Assembly (NCBI RefSeq): GCF_032444005.1
Contig: NC_091284.1
Span: forward strand, 120,342,001-120,406,000
Source: Ranitomeya imitator
Taxonomy: Eukaryota
Reading direction: 5' to 3'
DNA length: 64,000 bases
Position 1 is the stretch's first letter, and every line of letters starts with the position of its first letter. Position numbers and translations under genes: made by a program. Positions 49,315 to 62,433 of the stretch are shown piece by piece. Under the pieces are notes generated by a model that searched no databases, was not told the origin of the DNA, and saw nothing but the letters and a program-made list of their open reading frames with translations.

Positions 49315-50329
49315 TAACACAGACTGCTAATTGTATGAACAAACATTTACCAGAAAGCTCATTCCCAGTCATTAGCCCATGTAAACATGGCTTGTTTGTC
49401 GGCTGTTGGTATCCGTTATGCAGCCTTCAGCCTAGTTGTTGTTGCCAGCACATTTCTCTGTGTAAACATGGGATGTGCCGCAGTCAATATAAAAACTGTT
49501 ACCATAAAATCATGTTATTTTCCCAATATAACTATAGCCACCACCTGTATTGCCTCTTTTACAGTAGACTAGCAAACTGTACATACAGTGTCATGTAAAA
49601 GTTTGGGCAAAATTACTGTTATTGTGAACAGTTAAGCAAGTTGAAGATGAAATTATCTCTAAAAGGCCTAAAGTTAAAGATGACACATTTCCTTTGTATT
49701 TTAGGCAAATATATATACAGTATGCCACGGTAAGTCCTGAACATCCCTTGCATAGTTAATAAAATACGTATTATAATTCCTCCATATGGTGAAGTCCAGT
49801 CCGATGGGTGTCACTGGCCTTACTTTGGCTCCTCCTCTCTTGTCACAATCACTATCCTCCTGCTTGCATCATGTAGCTGACCTGTCCTTTGTCATCCAAA
49901 CAGTGCCCCAATCGTACTCCTGAGCAGGCGTACTTTGCCTGCCCTGCTGAGACCAGAACAAAATATTCTGGGTCACCGGCGCATTATGACCAGTCCTGGC
50001 GCATGCACGTTACAGTACTTTGCTCTGTGGCTCAAATAGAGTGGGAACTACGGCTCTCCATCATCACACAAATCAGCATCACCTGCTCTTTTGGGAATAA
50101 GAAGTTGACCAGCTATACGAGCAAAGCTCAAACTGTCCTCCAATCGTTTTTCTTTTGTCTCATCTTGCTGACAGCTTGGCTACATCCTCATGTATACTCT
50201 GTTTGGTGTCCTCATCATCATTATCTTTTACTGCTGTAGTCTGACTACTGCCTTGCTGTTCTCTGATAGGCAGGAGAACATGGACCACTCTCTAGACTCG
50301 TCATTGAGCTCAAAAGCGCACTGCACTGT

Positions 50330-51000
50330 TGACGTGTAGAGCAGCAGTTATGAACAGGGAAAGTACATCTTTCACTTCCCATTGGGTCAATATTTTGAGC
50401 AGTAGCGATACACTGCCATAACTAAGATGAGTCTTAAAGCCTTCACGGTTGGGCTCTAGGTCTGGTTCCAATGCCATGCGGCATTTGTTCACCGCGCCCT
50501 ACACTTCCTCTACATCCTTCTCAGTGGACATGTCCCATTCCCAAAAGAAAGGGTAGAACACTCCATCTATTCTTTGCCCTCAGTATTTTTGTTCTGATAC
50601 TACTGTTTATTGCTGCCAAGCCATTTAACAGCATGTGAACATGGGCAACAAAATGTCATACAGAAGTGAGTTGCCCCTCTGCATCAAGCAGGAAATCTCA
50701 TACTGTATGACTCACCAGCAACTGGGGATTGGTGTAAGCATCAATGCCCGCAACATTGGGTCTGGAAAACATTTGGGCAGCATAACTTATGCTCGCTACA
50801 TGGTGTTGATCTTAATCGGAATAGTGCAAAATTTCTTAAAGAAATATAAGAGCTTGAAGAAGATACTGGTCATGGCCAGAACACTGTCTAGGCATTTCAA
50901 CCATTTTTACGTGCTTAAGCACACCCTCCAGGCTTTACCAAAACCGAATGGACTGCCTGAGCACTGCCTGAATTGGAATGCAAATTTAAAGGGCAGGTAG
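50330..51000 (-). mobile_element. Possible decayed L1-type LINE ORF2 fragment
   Basis: Minus-strand LKILTQW segment resembles the L1 ORF2 C-terminal region; weak. Confidence 0.25.
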
Positions 51001-52659
51001 GATCCAGTACTAATTAAAAACCAAGAGAGTTAATGAGGTAATGGCGCTGGTATAAATATATGGAAACAGCTGTAGGTAATGTCCCGTACCACACAAGGGA
51101 ATAAACAATTACAAAGAACTAAAATTATGTGTTTACCTGCGCTATGGAATAAAGTGCATTAGACAAACATTAGCGGTACTTATTTACCTGTTTGATGGAA
51201 AGAATGCTCAAGTTGCTTTGTTTTGATGTATGTCAGGTCAAGGATTATATAGGGGCAAGGACTGTGGTGAGGAAAAAAAAGAGAGACGTTTGTCTCAAAC
51301 ACTGATTTTTCAAATTGTGACTAAATCACTAATGTGCCCCTTGTTCTTTATATATAAATTATCATAACGCTGATTAAGCGATTAAAACAAAAATAGAGAT
51401 AAAAATATGAACAATCCTGTGATCGAGGAGTCCTTTAGCAGTTACTCTCTAGATATGCTGCCCAAAAAACCCCGGTGCTTACTGAGCAAATAAGTTCATT
51501 CGTATAGGGGATTCAATAGGTGGTATACTTCAGTACCTGTGATGCAAATACTACCGTAGCATAAATTAGAAGCTGTCCATGAGTGCCAGATGGTGGTGAT
51601 GAAGCGGATTGCTTAGCTTAATGAATGCTGTGTTCGCCTGTTGGCTTCCAGGCGGCTTGTGCAAGCGCAGTCCCGGTGACAGACACTCGCGCTGCCTGTG
51701 CTCGAAGATCCTTGCGCGGTGCTCTGCAGCACCTTTGATGACGTTCGGGTCACGTGATCGTCAGTCACGTGGTGCCCTTTGAGAAACTACGGATCGTAGT
51801 GGGAGCCAGAAAATTTTAAAAAGCATATGTTTTCTATCGGTCCAGGATCAGGAAGTCTGTCCTGTGATTGTTTGAATTATAATGTGATTTTAATTAAATG
51901 TTTTAAATGTGTGCATCTGGGTATCTGGAATTTCTTGAATATGCAGCCTGAATATTTGCTATGTTTTAATGGATGGAAATCCATGAGTGAGCACTTGGAA
52001 GTACCCATTGGAAGCTTATTATTGTAACTAGATGGAGGCCAGATGCTATCGCATTGGGAGGGCAGTAATGTCACGATGGAGGCAGGCTTTGCAGCATTGA
52101 GAATCTCTCCCCCATGTGCTCACCCACCTATCCACTCTCTCTTTCTCCATGTGCTGACTTCTCCCATCTGTGCTCTCTTCTTTGACCTGTCTACCCCATG
52201 TGCTATCCCCCTTGTGTGCTGTCTCTCTCCTTCCTGTGCTGTGTTCTCCCCTCAAAGACAATACTGACATTACAGCAGGAGATCAAAGAGGATACATTTT
52301 GTGAGGTAAAATATTGTTTAAAAACAGTCAGTGAAATATTTTACCTGACAAAAGAAATCCTTTGTGATCCCCTGCTGTGTCAGACACAGACAATTTTTAA
52401 AATGAACTTTAGTTTGAGGGAAAACCCCTTTAATGTGACCGGCTTCCTCTGCCTGTATACACACCACGCATCTGCCGCCAGGATCATCAAAATGATTCCT
52501 TGCACCTGCGTGAAATTCGCACAGGCGCAGTAAATCAGACAGCCGCCATCTTTGTGCAGACAGATAGCGGCGCTCACATTAAAACTGCGCATACACTCCT
52601 CCTGTACAAAGATGGTGGCGGTCAGTAAATCATTCGGCTGATCCCGGCGGCGGTGTGTT

Positions 52660-52929
52660 CGCGACACTGTTCTGCTGGTGGTACCGCACAAGAGGCTGTA
52701 TACAGCATATACAATGTGTGTTTGTGTGTGTGTGTGGTACGTACGGTGTATACAGTGTGTGTGTGTGTGTGTGGTGCGACGGTGTTCTGCTGGTGGTACT
52801 GCACAAGAGGCTGTATACAGCATATACAATGTGTGTTTGTGTGTGTGTGTGGTACGTACGGTGTATACAGTGTGTGTGTGTGTGTGTGGTGCGACGGTGT
52901 TCTGCTGGTGGTACTGCACAAGAGGCTGG
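52660..52929. repeat. 115-bp tandem repeat (~2.3 copies) containing (GT)n tracts
   Basis: TCTGCTGGTGG at 52671, 52786, 52901. Confidence 0.9.
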
Positions 52930-53280
52930 AACCATATTGAGACACCCATCACTTAGGGTGTCCCAATATGGAGGTCGGTGAACTTCTGCCGCTGGGAATT
53001 CTGGTATCCGGACACATCTGGACGGAACAGGATATGAAGACATTACAAGGTAAGTATATATTAAGATACTGAACACCAAATACTCATAGTGTGGTGAGCC
53101 ATTGGGAAGGTGCCAGATATTGCAGAGGGGCCAGTTGGGAGATGTAGCTCCGTTGGCAGCGGATTGCGATGTCACGGTAGCTGAAGTGGGTTGCTGGAAC
53201 ACTACACACTTCCTTCATGTCCATAGCAATTGTCAATAGTGGAAAGTGTCAGTTTTGGAGATGGTATAAGACCCCCCCAG

Positions 53281-53497
53281 GGGTGTGCAAAGCAGTCATC
53301 AAAGCAAAAGGTGGCTACTTTGAAGAACCTAGAATATAAGACATATTTTCAGTCGTTTCACACTTTTTTGTTAAGTATATAATTCCACATGTGTTAACTT
53401 ATAGTTTTGATGCCTTCAGTGTGAATTTACAATTTTCATAGTCATGAAAATACAGAAAAATCTTTAAATGAGAAGGTGTGTCCAAACTTTTGGTCTG
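53281..53497 (+). mobile_element. 3' fragment of a Tc1 element
   Basis: VCKAVIKAKGGYFEEPRI* followed by TIR-like GTGTGTCCAAACTTTTGGTCTG. Confidence 0.75.
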
Positions 53498-55229
53498 AAT
53501 ATACACCCTTCACACTGGTATATATGTCCCTCATCCTGGTATATATATCCCCCATCCTGTTATGTGTCTACCGTTCTGCATCTGTTCTTTAATGTATAGA
53601 AAAAATAAACCATTAAACTCACCAGGGGCATAGATAGAAGTTATTGGGCATCTTAGCAGAAGTATACTGCACCCCCTTAGTCTTCCCTTAGTCCTCCATA
53701 TAATATACTGTACAGCCCATAGTCATTCATGTAGTATAAAGCCCAGCCCATAGTCCTCCATATAGTATAATGCACAACCCATAGTTATATATGTAATGCA
53801 CATCACATAGTCAACCATAAAGTATAAAGCACAGCCCATGGTTATCCATAAAGTTTAATGCTCTGCATAGTCATCCATGTACTAGTATGGCCACTGATTT
53901 AAAAAAAATGCTCGCCTTCCCTTTGCTCCCCCGCCGTGCGGCGTCTTGTGCTGAAACTGGCAGCTGACTTTGGAGTGCAACAGGCACATATGACGTCACC
54001 GCTATGCACCCCGTCACGTGAACACAGACGTCATCTCCTGACTTCTGATTGGCTGGCAGCATTATCGCGCATGGACTCAATGGGTCTTTGCGCCGCAATG
54101 CACTTCAAATGGATGTGCAGACCTCTGACCTACCAAGCCCAGTGCTGCGATCATGGTCGTTAGGCCTGTTTTTAGAATTTCAAGCAGCCAGACCTATGTG
54201 TTAACTTGTAAACATAACACTTTACTAAAGGCGAAAACAGTACAGTCTCTCTCTTAAAGTCAAATTGGCGGTAGTTCACAGTATAGGTTACACTGCATAT
54301 GGTACATTTGAATGACGGTGTCTTCTCCTTATGAAACAAGCAAATTTAGGGCCTTACAGGGTGGCTGAAGCAGTTCTTTTCACTTGCCATTGGATCAAAT
54401 ACTATGCAGAGTTCAGGTAATGCTACACTGATGGAGGAACCTTCATGGGATGACTCCCCATGGCAACACACTAATGGTATGGAAGTACATACGGTTTGGG
54501 CCCTACCATTCCTTAAGGAGTAGGTCGGGCAAAGTTTGTGGCGTGGCAAACACAATGGAACTGGTTCTGGCTAGAAGCATATAGGAAAAATCAGTATGCA
54601 AGCCTTATCTTTCCTGACTGCTTGATGTTTCACTCCTTTGTGGAGGCGACTATGTGGATGATGATGTCCCCTTAGTGTGGCCTGAAATCAGGGAGCAGGG
54701 ATTCCTTCCTCTTCCTTGACTAGACAGGAATAGACTGATTTGTGCCAGCTCACAGGACAGCTGTGCACTGAGCTGGGGGGCTCCTCCCAGCCGTTTCTAT
54801 GGCAGCTTGTTGTGAGGAGCTTAAACCCCTAACTTTCATACGTATACATTGACAAATAGATGGCAGCAAAGGACAATTTACAATGCACACTTATGAGTCC
54901 TCAGTGTATGCACATGCAATGTATTACATCTCCTAACTCACATTCCTCAAAGTAGTTCTGGCACACAAGACCAAATCTACTGCCATAAGACAACTGTCTC
55001 ACTCAGCAGCAGTAGATCGGGTACTGGGACACTAAAATAGTTTGTCATAGATATAACATAGAAAACTTTACATTTAAATCAGCCTACGGCTCTAAGGTTT
55101 ATGAAGACAGATGAGCCCAAGGAAGATGATGCAAGTAGGAAGGTAGGGATAGAGAATCTTGCTTATTTTGGAATATTCTCAAAATAAAGACTGTTACTTT
55201 TTTGGGTAGGTTCTGTTCCCAACTTTCTC

Positions 55230-55615
55230 TTGTATAGTTGTATCGTACTCCCCTCTTATCTCCTCTTCCCACAACTGAATGAAGATTTCTCCTGTGCATC
55301 CTCCCTACTCGCGAAATCTCTACGCCAACATATCAGACTCTCGCCTACCGTGGAAACCTTCAAAAGGAACTTGAACATCTATCTCTTCCAACAAGCCTAC
55401 AATCTGCAGTGATTCTCGTTCCACCCTACAGCTTCACAACCAGCTCTGCCCTCCCCTATTGAATCCTCACCCATCCCTTGTAGACTGTGAGCCCTCGCAG
55501 GCAGGGTCCTCTCTCCTCCAGTACCAGTTGGTGTCTTGTGTTGTTCATGATTATTGTACTTATTTTTATTATGTCAATGGAATAAATGGCGCTATAATTA
55601 TAATAAATCAAAATA
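55230..55615 (+). mobile_element. L2 (CR1-group) LINE 3' end
   Basis: DFSCASSLL...HIRLSPTVETFKRNLNIYLFQQAYNLQ*, then L2-type 3' UTR (GTAGACTGTGAGCCCTCGCAGGCAGGG) and an AATAAA/TAA-rich tail. Confidence 0.8.
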
Positions 55616-56959
55616 ATAATATTCATCATAGTTAAAAGAATTTTCCAGCTACCAAAAAGATCTTTACATATGTTTAAAATGAAAACGTATTAAACGTATC
55701 TAGGACACTCTATCCACCCCAGTCTCAGGTCATGGCAGCTCAACTACCACTTTAGGTACAATATAGAAATGAGCTTCTTCTGTCGGCATGTGACCAATAA
55801 TGTGTGTAAAGACTGACTGACTTATTTCAATAGCTAAACCATCCCCCTTCTCCATAATAGCTGATATATATGTAGATAGATTGGAGGGGGCTTGGCTATT
55901 GACATAAACCAGTTAAGCAGCTCCCCTTATACACATCGTTGATCAAGAGCTGATGAAGACGTGGAGCTATCTGGACCTAGAAGCAGTGCTAACAGTGCGA
56001 AATCGGTGAACCTTTGTTAATGACAGTATTTTAGAAAGTTGTGTGTATCTACATTTTAAACAAGAACTAAAAATAAGTTTCTAGTATCCCTTTAAATAAT
56101 AATATTTTGGCTGTGTGCAGCCACTACTTTAGACATATTGGCTCCTTTTGATCTTTTTTCCACAAACCTATTGTGCCAGTTCTCTTGGTGACGGTGATGG
56201 AGTTAACTCTAGCGTTTTCGTTCTAGAGCAGGTTTAATCTGTTTAGTTTTACAGTGTTGAACATCATTGCATAACACGTTATTTACATTTTCAGTTCTGA
56301 AGCTAAAAATATACATTTTCTTTTTTTCTTACTTTGAGTTATTTTATTATAATTCTTTTTCTCCCCAGTGTATCTACATGGTAATTGGAGGAGCGTCTGT
56401 TACGATTAAAATTACAGCTTTCACAGATAACATTACGGATGCTTAGATGAGCTAGCTATAACATCTACAAATTAGGCGCTGCTGAATTTAAGATGTCTTA
56501 ATAATTTTTAGCCTAATTTTAAATATCGCCATCTCTCCTGTGGAGGAGAAAAATAAAATGTGTAACATATTAATATTAGACATCTCTTCTATAAATACAA
56601 TGAATGTATGCTGGCTTTGTGTTTGTGGTCTCAAACATCTAACAGTAATTGTATAAAATCACCTAATGTATTCTGACAGTTTTTATTTTTACACTGTACT
56701 TATTAATCTATGTCTAAAACAAATAAGTATAATTCAACCATAAAAAATGACATCAAGCTGACATCTGATTTTTATTCATATTTTTTCCACATTTTCAACA
56801 TATTCGTATTATTTTATTTAAAAATATTAAAAGTTGTCAAATTGATATTTTCTACAGATTTCTTTTCGGTTTTGCTTTGTAGATTGGGACGTAGTAAAAA
56901 GAGTCATTTCATTATCATTAGAGGGTAGAAGAATTAATTACACTTGACAGTTCTTTTAA

Positions 56960-57332
56960 AGGGAACTTGACAGTTGATACATGCTGCCCGATCAACGGGC
57001 ATCATGTATCAGACACCGACTGTACGATTTTAGCCAGGTATGCTGGATTCTGAAACGCTGCAGCATTTCAGAGAAAAACATGCTTTAAGCCTCCAGGTAC
57101 TGAGCCGTGTTGTCGACTAGTCAGACAGGCAGGTTCACAGCAGCTTCTCCCCAATATACACATTCAGAGAGAGACCTGTCACTCCAGGAGAGTGGGCAGG
57201 AATAGATTACTAAATTATGTTTTTCTCTGATATGCCGCAACGTTTCAAACATACATGGCGGAAATCGTAAAGACACTGTCTGTTACGTGTTGCCCATTGA
57301 TCGGGCAGCATGTATCAGATACCAGGTTCCCT
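56960..57332. mobile_element. T2/Kolobok-type MITE
   Basis: TTAA|AGGGAAC ... GTTCCCT|TCAA; subterminal inverted GATACATGCTGCCCGATCAA. Confidence 0.75.
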
Positions 57333-59609
57333 TCAATTTGAATTCAAAGACCACACCCTACCTGGCTCTGGAGGAAGCTATTTTCCAATTGTTCCTGAAG
57401 GCTATAATAGTCTAAAGAAACTTTTTATACCATAAACTCCATACCATTCCATATGCCATTAAGTCCACACATATCCTTAGGATAGGCCAATAATATTGGA
57501 CAGATGGGGTCCAACTTCTGGAACCGTCAATCAGCTAATTGAACGCGAAGCCTCAATGAGCACTGATTTGACTTCCTACTTTACAAGGCTTAGCCCAAAT
57601 ATATTCAATAGTGAATATGATGGGTATCACAACTCAGTCCTATTTAGTTAAATGCGAGAGAGCTACCAGTAGTTTCAGTATTGGGTACGGCCACTCTACA
57701 GAGCTGTGTCTGGTAAGGAGGATGCAATGCGACCAGCTAATTCAACCAACGAATTGTAGGAATACTATAAGTTGTGCAGTCACTGACCTGATATTGGTGA
57801 CCTACCATAACAATTGGCTATCAATATAAAAGTCCATGGAAAATTCATTGCAGAAGAAAAGCATTTTGAGATGGTTGTAAGTGATGTGTAAAGCGGTAAG
57901 GTGGTGTACTGTAACTGTACTCTCACTGGGAATAATCACCCCTTAAATAAATTCCACTTCCAGATAACCTCATACTGGTTGGAAAACACAAAAATGCAAA
58001 AATTACCATCAATGCTACTGAAGATGAGTGATAAGTATTGTTATGTATTGCACTTGTATATCTAAATAGATGATTCTGCTCGTATCTGTTGAATGGCGGC
58101 CATCCCATTGAGTCTATGTGGTTCTTTGAATGTGAGGAAATCCTTGATAGGTAATATAGTCATGCTGAGTCTACATCTGTAGTCTGAAGCCATGAATGTA
58201 TAAATATAATGATGTAGGTCTTGGACATTGAAATATGGGAAATTTTCCTGTAACTGCAGTCCATGTTGTTTCCTGAAGAGCAAATAATAAAAAAGCTTCT
58301 GTTGTTCTGGAGCTTTTTCCATTTGCGGTACTTTGAAATAGAGAGATTATTTTTTATAGAGACCTCACACAGAATATTGGCTTTTAACATTCTGAAATAA
58401 ATATTGCGTGTAAGCCTACCTATGTCTAGCTGGCTTTATGATAGTCTCTGAATACTTGAAATAGAAACATCTCTGAATCCAGGGTTCTTATTTACCCTGG
58501 CACTGAAAGAATCACTGTCTGCTATTGAAATGGTGTCATCTGGAAGATAATAAAAACTACATGTAGAAAAAAAAACACCTTTCAGAGAAACATTAAAGTA
58601 TCAGAAAGCATTAAGATGCAGCATTTCAATGATTAACAAAAGGCTTTGAAAGAGCGTAGAGAGCGATACACATTAAAAGACAATGAAGCATCAGTTTTCC
58701 TACAAATTAAAGTATGCATTACATTACATTACACAATTGAGCACAGTGAGCTCATTACTTGGAATTCATGTACAGCTTAGAGAAGACAATCTAAAAAATA
58801 AAAATAGAACTTAAACATCTTAATTATGGATGTGATGGACCTCACGCCAGTAAACACTATTCAATGAAACATTTTTCTGGCTGACTAGGTTGGCTTCAGC
58901 TCAACGGGTCCCACAGCCAAGGTCCTCTTGTGTTCAGCTGATATTGCTTGAAGAATTAAAAGTCCAAATTAGGATGGGTCTTTCCAGTAAGAAGGTTGTT
59001 CTTTAGAGTGGTGCTTTGGCCTGGTCAATAGGTCACTTAACATGGCAGTATTTGGTCAGTATTCTGCATCAGTATTTCTAAATCAAAACCATGAGTATTA
59101 AAAAAAAGAGATATAAATCTTTGCATTGTGGTTCTTGGCTTACAAATATCATTGCAAAATATGTACCAAAACAGCCTTGGGAAAGTGGGCATAGAGAGGT
59201 GTTGACTAATAGTTTTTCCCCTATTACACTCATATGACCCAATAGAGTGTATGTTAGGGGGTTGTCCAAAGCAGGCAACTCCTTTAAATGTTTGTTCTTC
59301 CTTGTAGCTCTAGGGTTGCCTTTAGAAATTACAAAATCGTTAATAATCTTTTTGTTTGATTTGCTTCTTTAAAATATAAATTGCCCTCATCTAAGATTTC
59401 CAATTACAAATGAGCAAATCAAGTCAATGTGAATCAAATTTGTATAACATTTTTAGAAATTCGCCAAATCCTCTAAATTCGCACAATTTGTGATTCGATT
59501 TGTGCAAATCCCCACCAGCATTTTACACACTGCAAGAGATTGCATCAGTCAGCAAGGGCTCATATGACTTTGGGGGCAGCAGACTTCTCCATAATGTCTT
59601 GCATCTATC

Positions 59610-61398
59610 CAGGGGAGTAACTACCGAGGTCGCAGGGGTCGCCGCTGCGACGGGGCCCGCAGTGGTTAAGGGCCCGGCAGTTGGAGTAGCGTAGCTGTGG
59701 GTGGCCCCCAAGCTCCCCCCCCCCGTAGCTCCGGTGGGCAGTTAAGTTACCTTGTGCTGGTTGTATTCACACTTGTTCCCGCTGCTTTGGAGTCACCAGC
59801 ACTGCGGTCAGTGCCTTCCTTCCCCACGTCTCTGTGCTGTGCTCAGGGCTAAGCTCTACTGTCTGCCCGGCATGGAGCTGAGGAAGGCAGTGCCCAGCAG
59901 GAAGGCTCAGCTGCTGCCCGGTGGAGGCTGGGTGCTGCCCACGTGTATCCTGTGCACTAACGGCTTCTTCTCCAACCTCAGACCCTCAGAAACTTTTCTT
60001 AACTCCGTACCTGCTGGAGCCAGACAAGAATCTCACAGAGAGGCAGGTGGGTGCTGGCACATCATCCCCCCCTGGTGTCGTGATATAGATCTTGGAGACG
60101 TGTGCATAGAGGGGCCCCATGTGTGAGGTGACGGGGCAGAGATGGGGGCCACTTGTGTGAGGTGGTGGGGCAGAGAGGGGCGCCCCCTGTCTGAGGTGGC
60201 AGGGCAGAGAGGGGCCCCCTGTGTGAGGTGGCGGAGCAGAGAGGGGTGCCCCCTGTGTGGTATTGAGACGCGTGTGTACGAGGTGTAAGGAGCAGAGTCG
60301 AGTGTGTACGAGGTGTAAGGAGCAGAGCCGCGTGTGTACAAGGTGTAAGGAGCAGAGCCACGTGTGTACAAGGTGTAAGGAGCAGAGCCGCGTGTGTACA
60401 AGGTGTAAGGAGCAGAGCCGCGTGTGTACAAGGTGTAAGGAGCAGAGCCGCGTGTGTACAAGGTTTAAAGAGCAGAGCCGAGTGTGTACGAGGTGTAAGG
60501 AGTAGAGCAGGGTGTGTAAGAAGTGTAAGGCGCAGAGCCGCGTGTGTACAAGGTGTAAGGAGCAGAGCTGCGTGTGTAAGGAGCAGAGCCGCGTGTGTGC
60601 AAGGTGTAAGGAGCAGAGCCACGTGTGTACAAGGTGTAAGGAGCAGAGCCGCATGTGTACAAGGTGTAAGGAGCAGAGCCGCATGTGTACAAGGTGTATG
60701 GAGCAGAGCCGCGTGTGTGCAAGGTGTACGGAGCAGAGCCGCGTGTGTGCAAGGTGTACGGAGCAGGGCCGAGTGTGAGCAAGGTGTAAGGAGCAGAGCC
60801 GCGTGTGTACAAATTGTAAGGAGTAGAGCCGCGTGTGTACAAGGTGTGCGGAGCAGAGCCGCGTGTACGGAGTCCTCGGAGCGAAGCCGTGTGTGTACGG
60901 GCTGTAAATTTCCGAGTCGGGAAGAATGGTACATGGCTGTGGGCAGAGCCAAGCATGTGCACTGTGGGGGAGTATTGGGTGTTCTCGCCAGCGTCAGAAT
61001 GTGCAGTGCATATGCTCCGGAGCCAACCAGTACACCCAATACATCCCCACACTGCACAGGTCCAGAAATGACGCACTGCAGCGTCATACCAGGAAGAAAC
61101 AGCACACAGATTTCAAACGCCGGGAGTGCGCTTGGAATTAGAGCGAGGAAGGACATGAACGCCCAGAGTCTGCACTTCTGAAGACATCGCCCTAATTAGT
61201 ATAGGGACATGTTAGTTATAAAATTATTTTTCTCAGCGATTACAGGGTAGTATTAGGTCAGACTATACAACATTGCAACAAAACTATAGTGTGCGAAATG
61301 CATAGGGAAAATGTGAATTTCGGTGGGAAATATTTTGGCGCGGGGGGCCCCATTTGAAAGTTCGCATCGGGGCCCCTCACTTTGTAGTTACGCCACTG
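59610..61398. mobile_element. Non-autonomous hAT-type element (1.79 kb)
   Basis: TIR CAGGGGAGTAACTAC / GTAGTTACGCCACTG; perfect 8-bp TSD CATCTATC (59602-59609, 61399-61406). Confidence 0.9.
60265..60865. repeat. 30-bp minisatellite (~20 copies) inside the hAT element
   Basis: Unit GCAGAGCCGCGTGTGTACAAGGTGTAAGGA. Confidence 0.93.
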
Positions 61399-62433
61399 CA
61401 TCTATCACATCAGGTGGTATAGCACAACTAATTGAAAAGGACTATCACAGCCTGTAGAAAAGCAGAGACAGGAAATGCAGCAGCCATTTGGTGAGGAATC
61501 TGGATAGAGAATGAACGTCACAGCTTAGCTATATACAGTAGATAGGGTGAGAAAACCATAAAACACTGAGTTAACATTACAAATAGTGTGTCACAGCACA
61601 GCAGGGAAGAACACTTACCATCCTTTACCCATATCAATATATGCTAAGGTCACTTTGACATTTCCAAGGCTCTGTATGTGTTTAGTAGCTTGAATTTGAT
61701 TACTTGGATAGAGTCCTGGGAGACCTCGGAGCGTTATACAAATTTTTTCAGTGCAATTGGAGTATTTGCAATACACCGCAAAATAAGTAAAGTTTGTACA
61801 TTTTAATTTCAAAACATTCCCATAACTCTATTTTTGATACTTTACTGTATTCATTTTAGCCCTTTTCCTTCATAGAAAGAAGTATTCCTTCTACTATCAC
61901 TTTTTATTTACCTGGTTGGTTTTTGGTATTGAATGTTTGTTTTTTTCTTCTACCAAACATTACCATTTCAACAGTGAAGTTTTTATTTTTATATCACTCA
62001 CCCATAACAATGTGACTAATGAGGCACCTGGCGACAGTTGTTCTATGCACATCTTTTCCATCTAGACTCAAAAACATGTACAACTTTGGAGTTTATAATC
62101 ACCTTGTCGCTTTCCTGACTTTTCACTTTTTGTAGATTTAGAGCTGCACCATATTTTAAAATTTTTACCAATTGATTTACTAAATGTACTTTTCTTGCAT
62201 CTTTTTCTTGAGGATACTTTCCTTTATCGTTGTATCGCTGTGAGTTTTCTTTCATTTTTTCTTCTTCTCATGAAACATATTTATCAACAGTGTCCTCTAG
62301 ATACCGATAACTTAATTAGATATGTAAATTAGGTCCAATGGGCCCCATTGTAAAATATGGATCTGGGCCCCCACCTCCATTTTAGTCAGATGTATGGGCC
62401 TTTGTAGAGTTCTAGATCCTATAAAGACATATA

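Noticed and set aside
52380-53202. His/Thr- and Cys/Val-rich ORFs
   Set aside because: Products of (GT)n tracts in the 115-bp tandem repeat.
59986-61181. Long ORFs (232-364 aa) with Cys/His-rich repeats
   Set aside because: They arise from a 30-bp repeat lacking stops in several frames on both strands, inside a hAT element.
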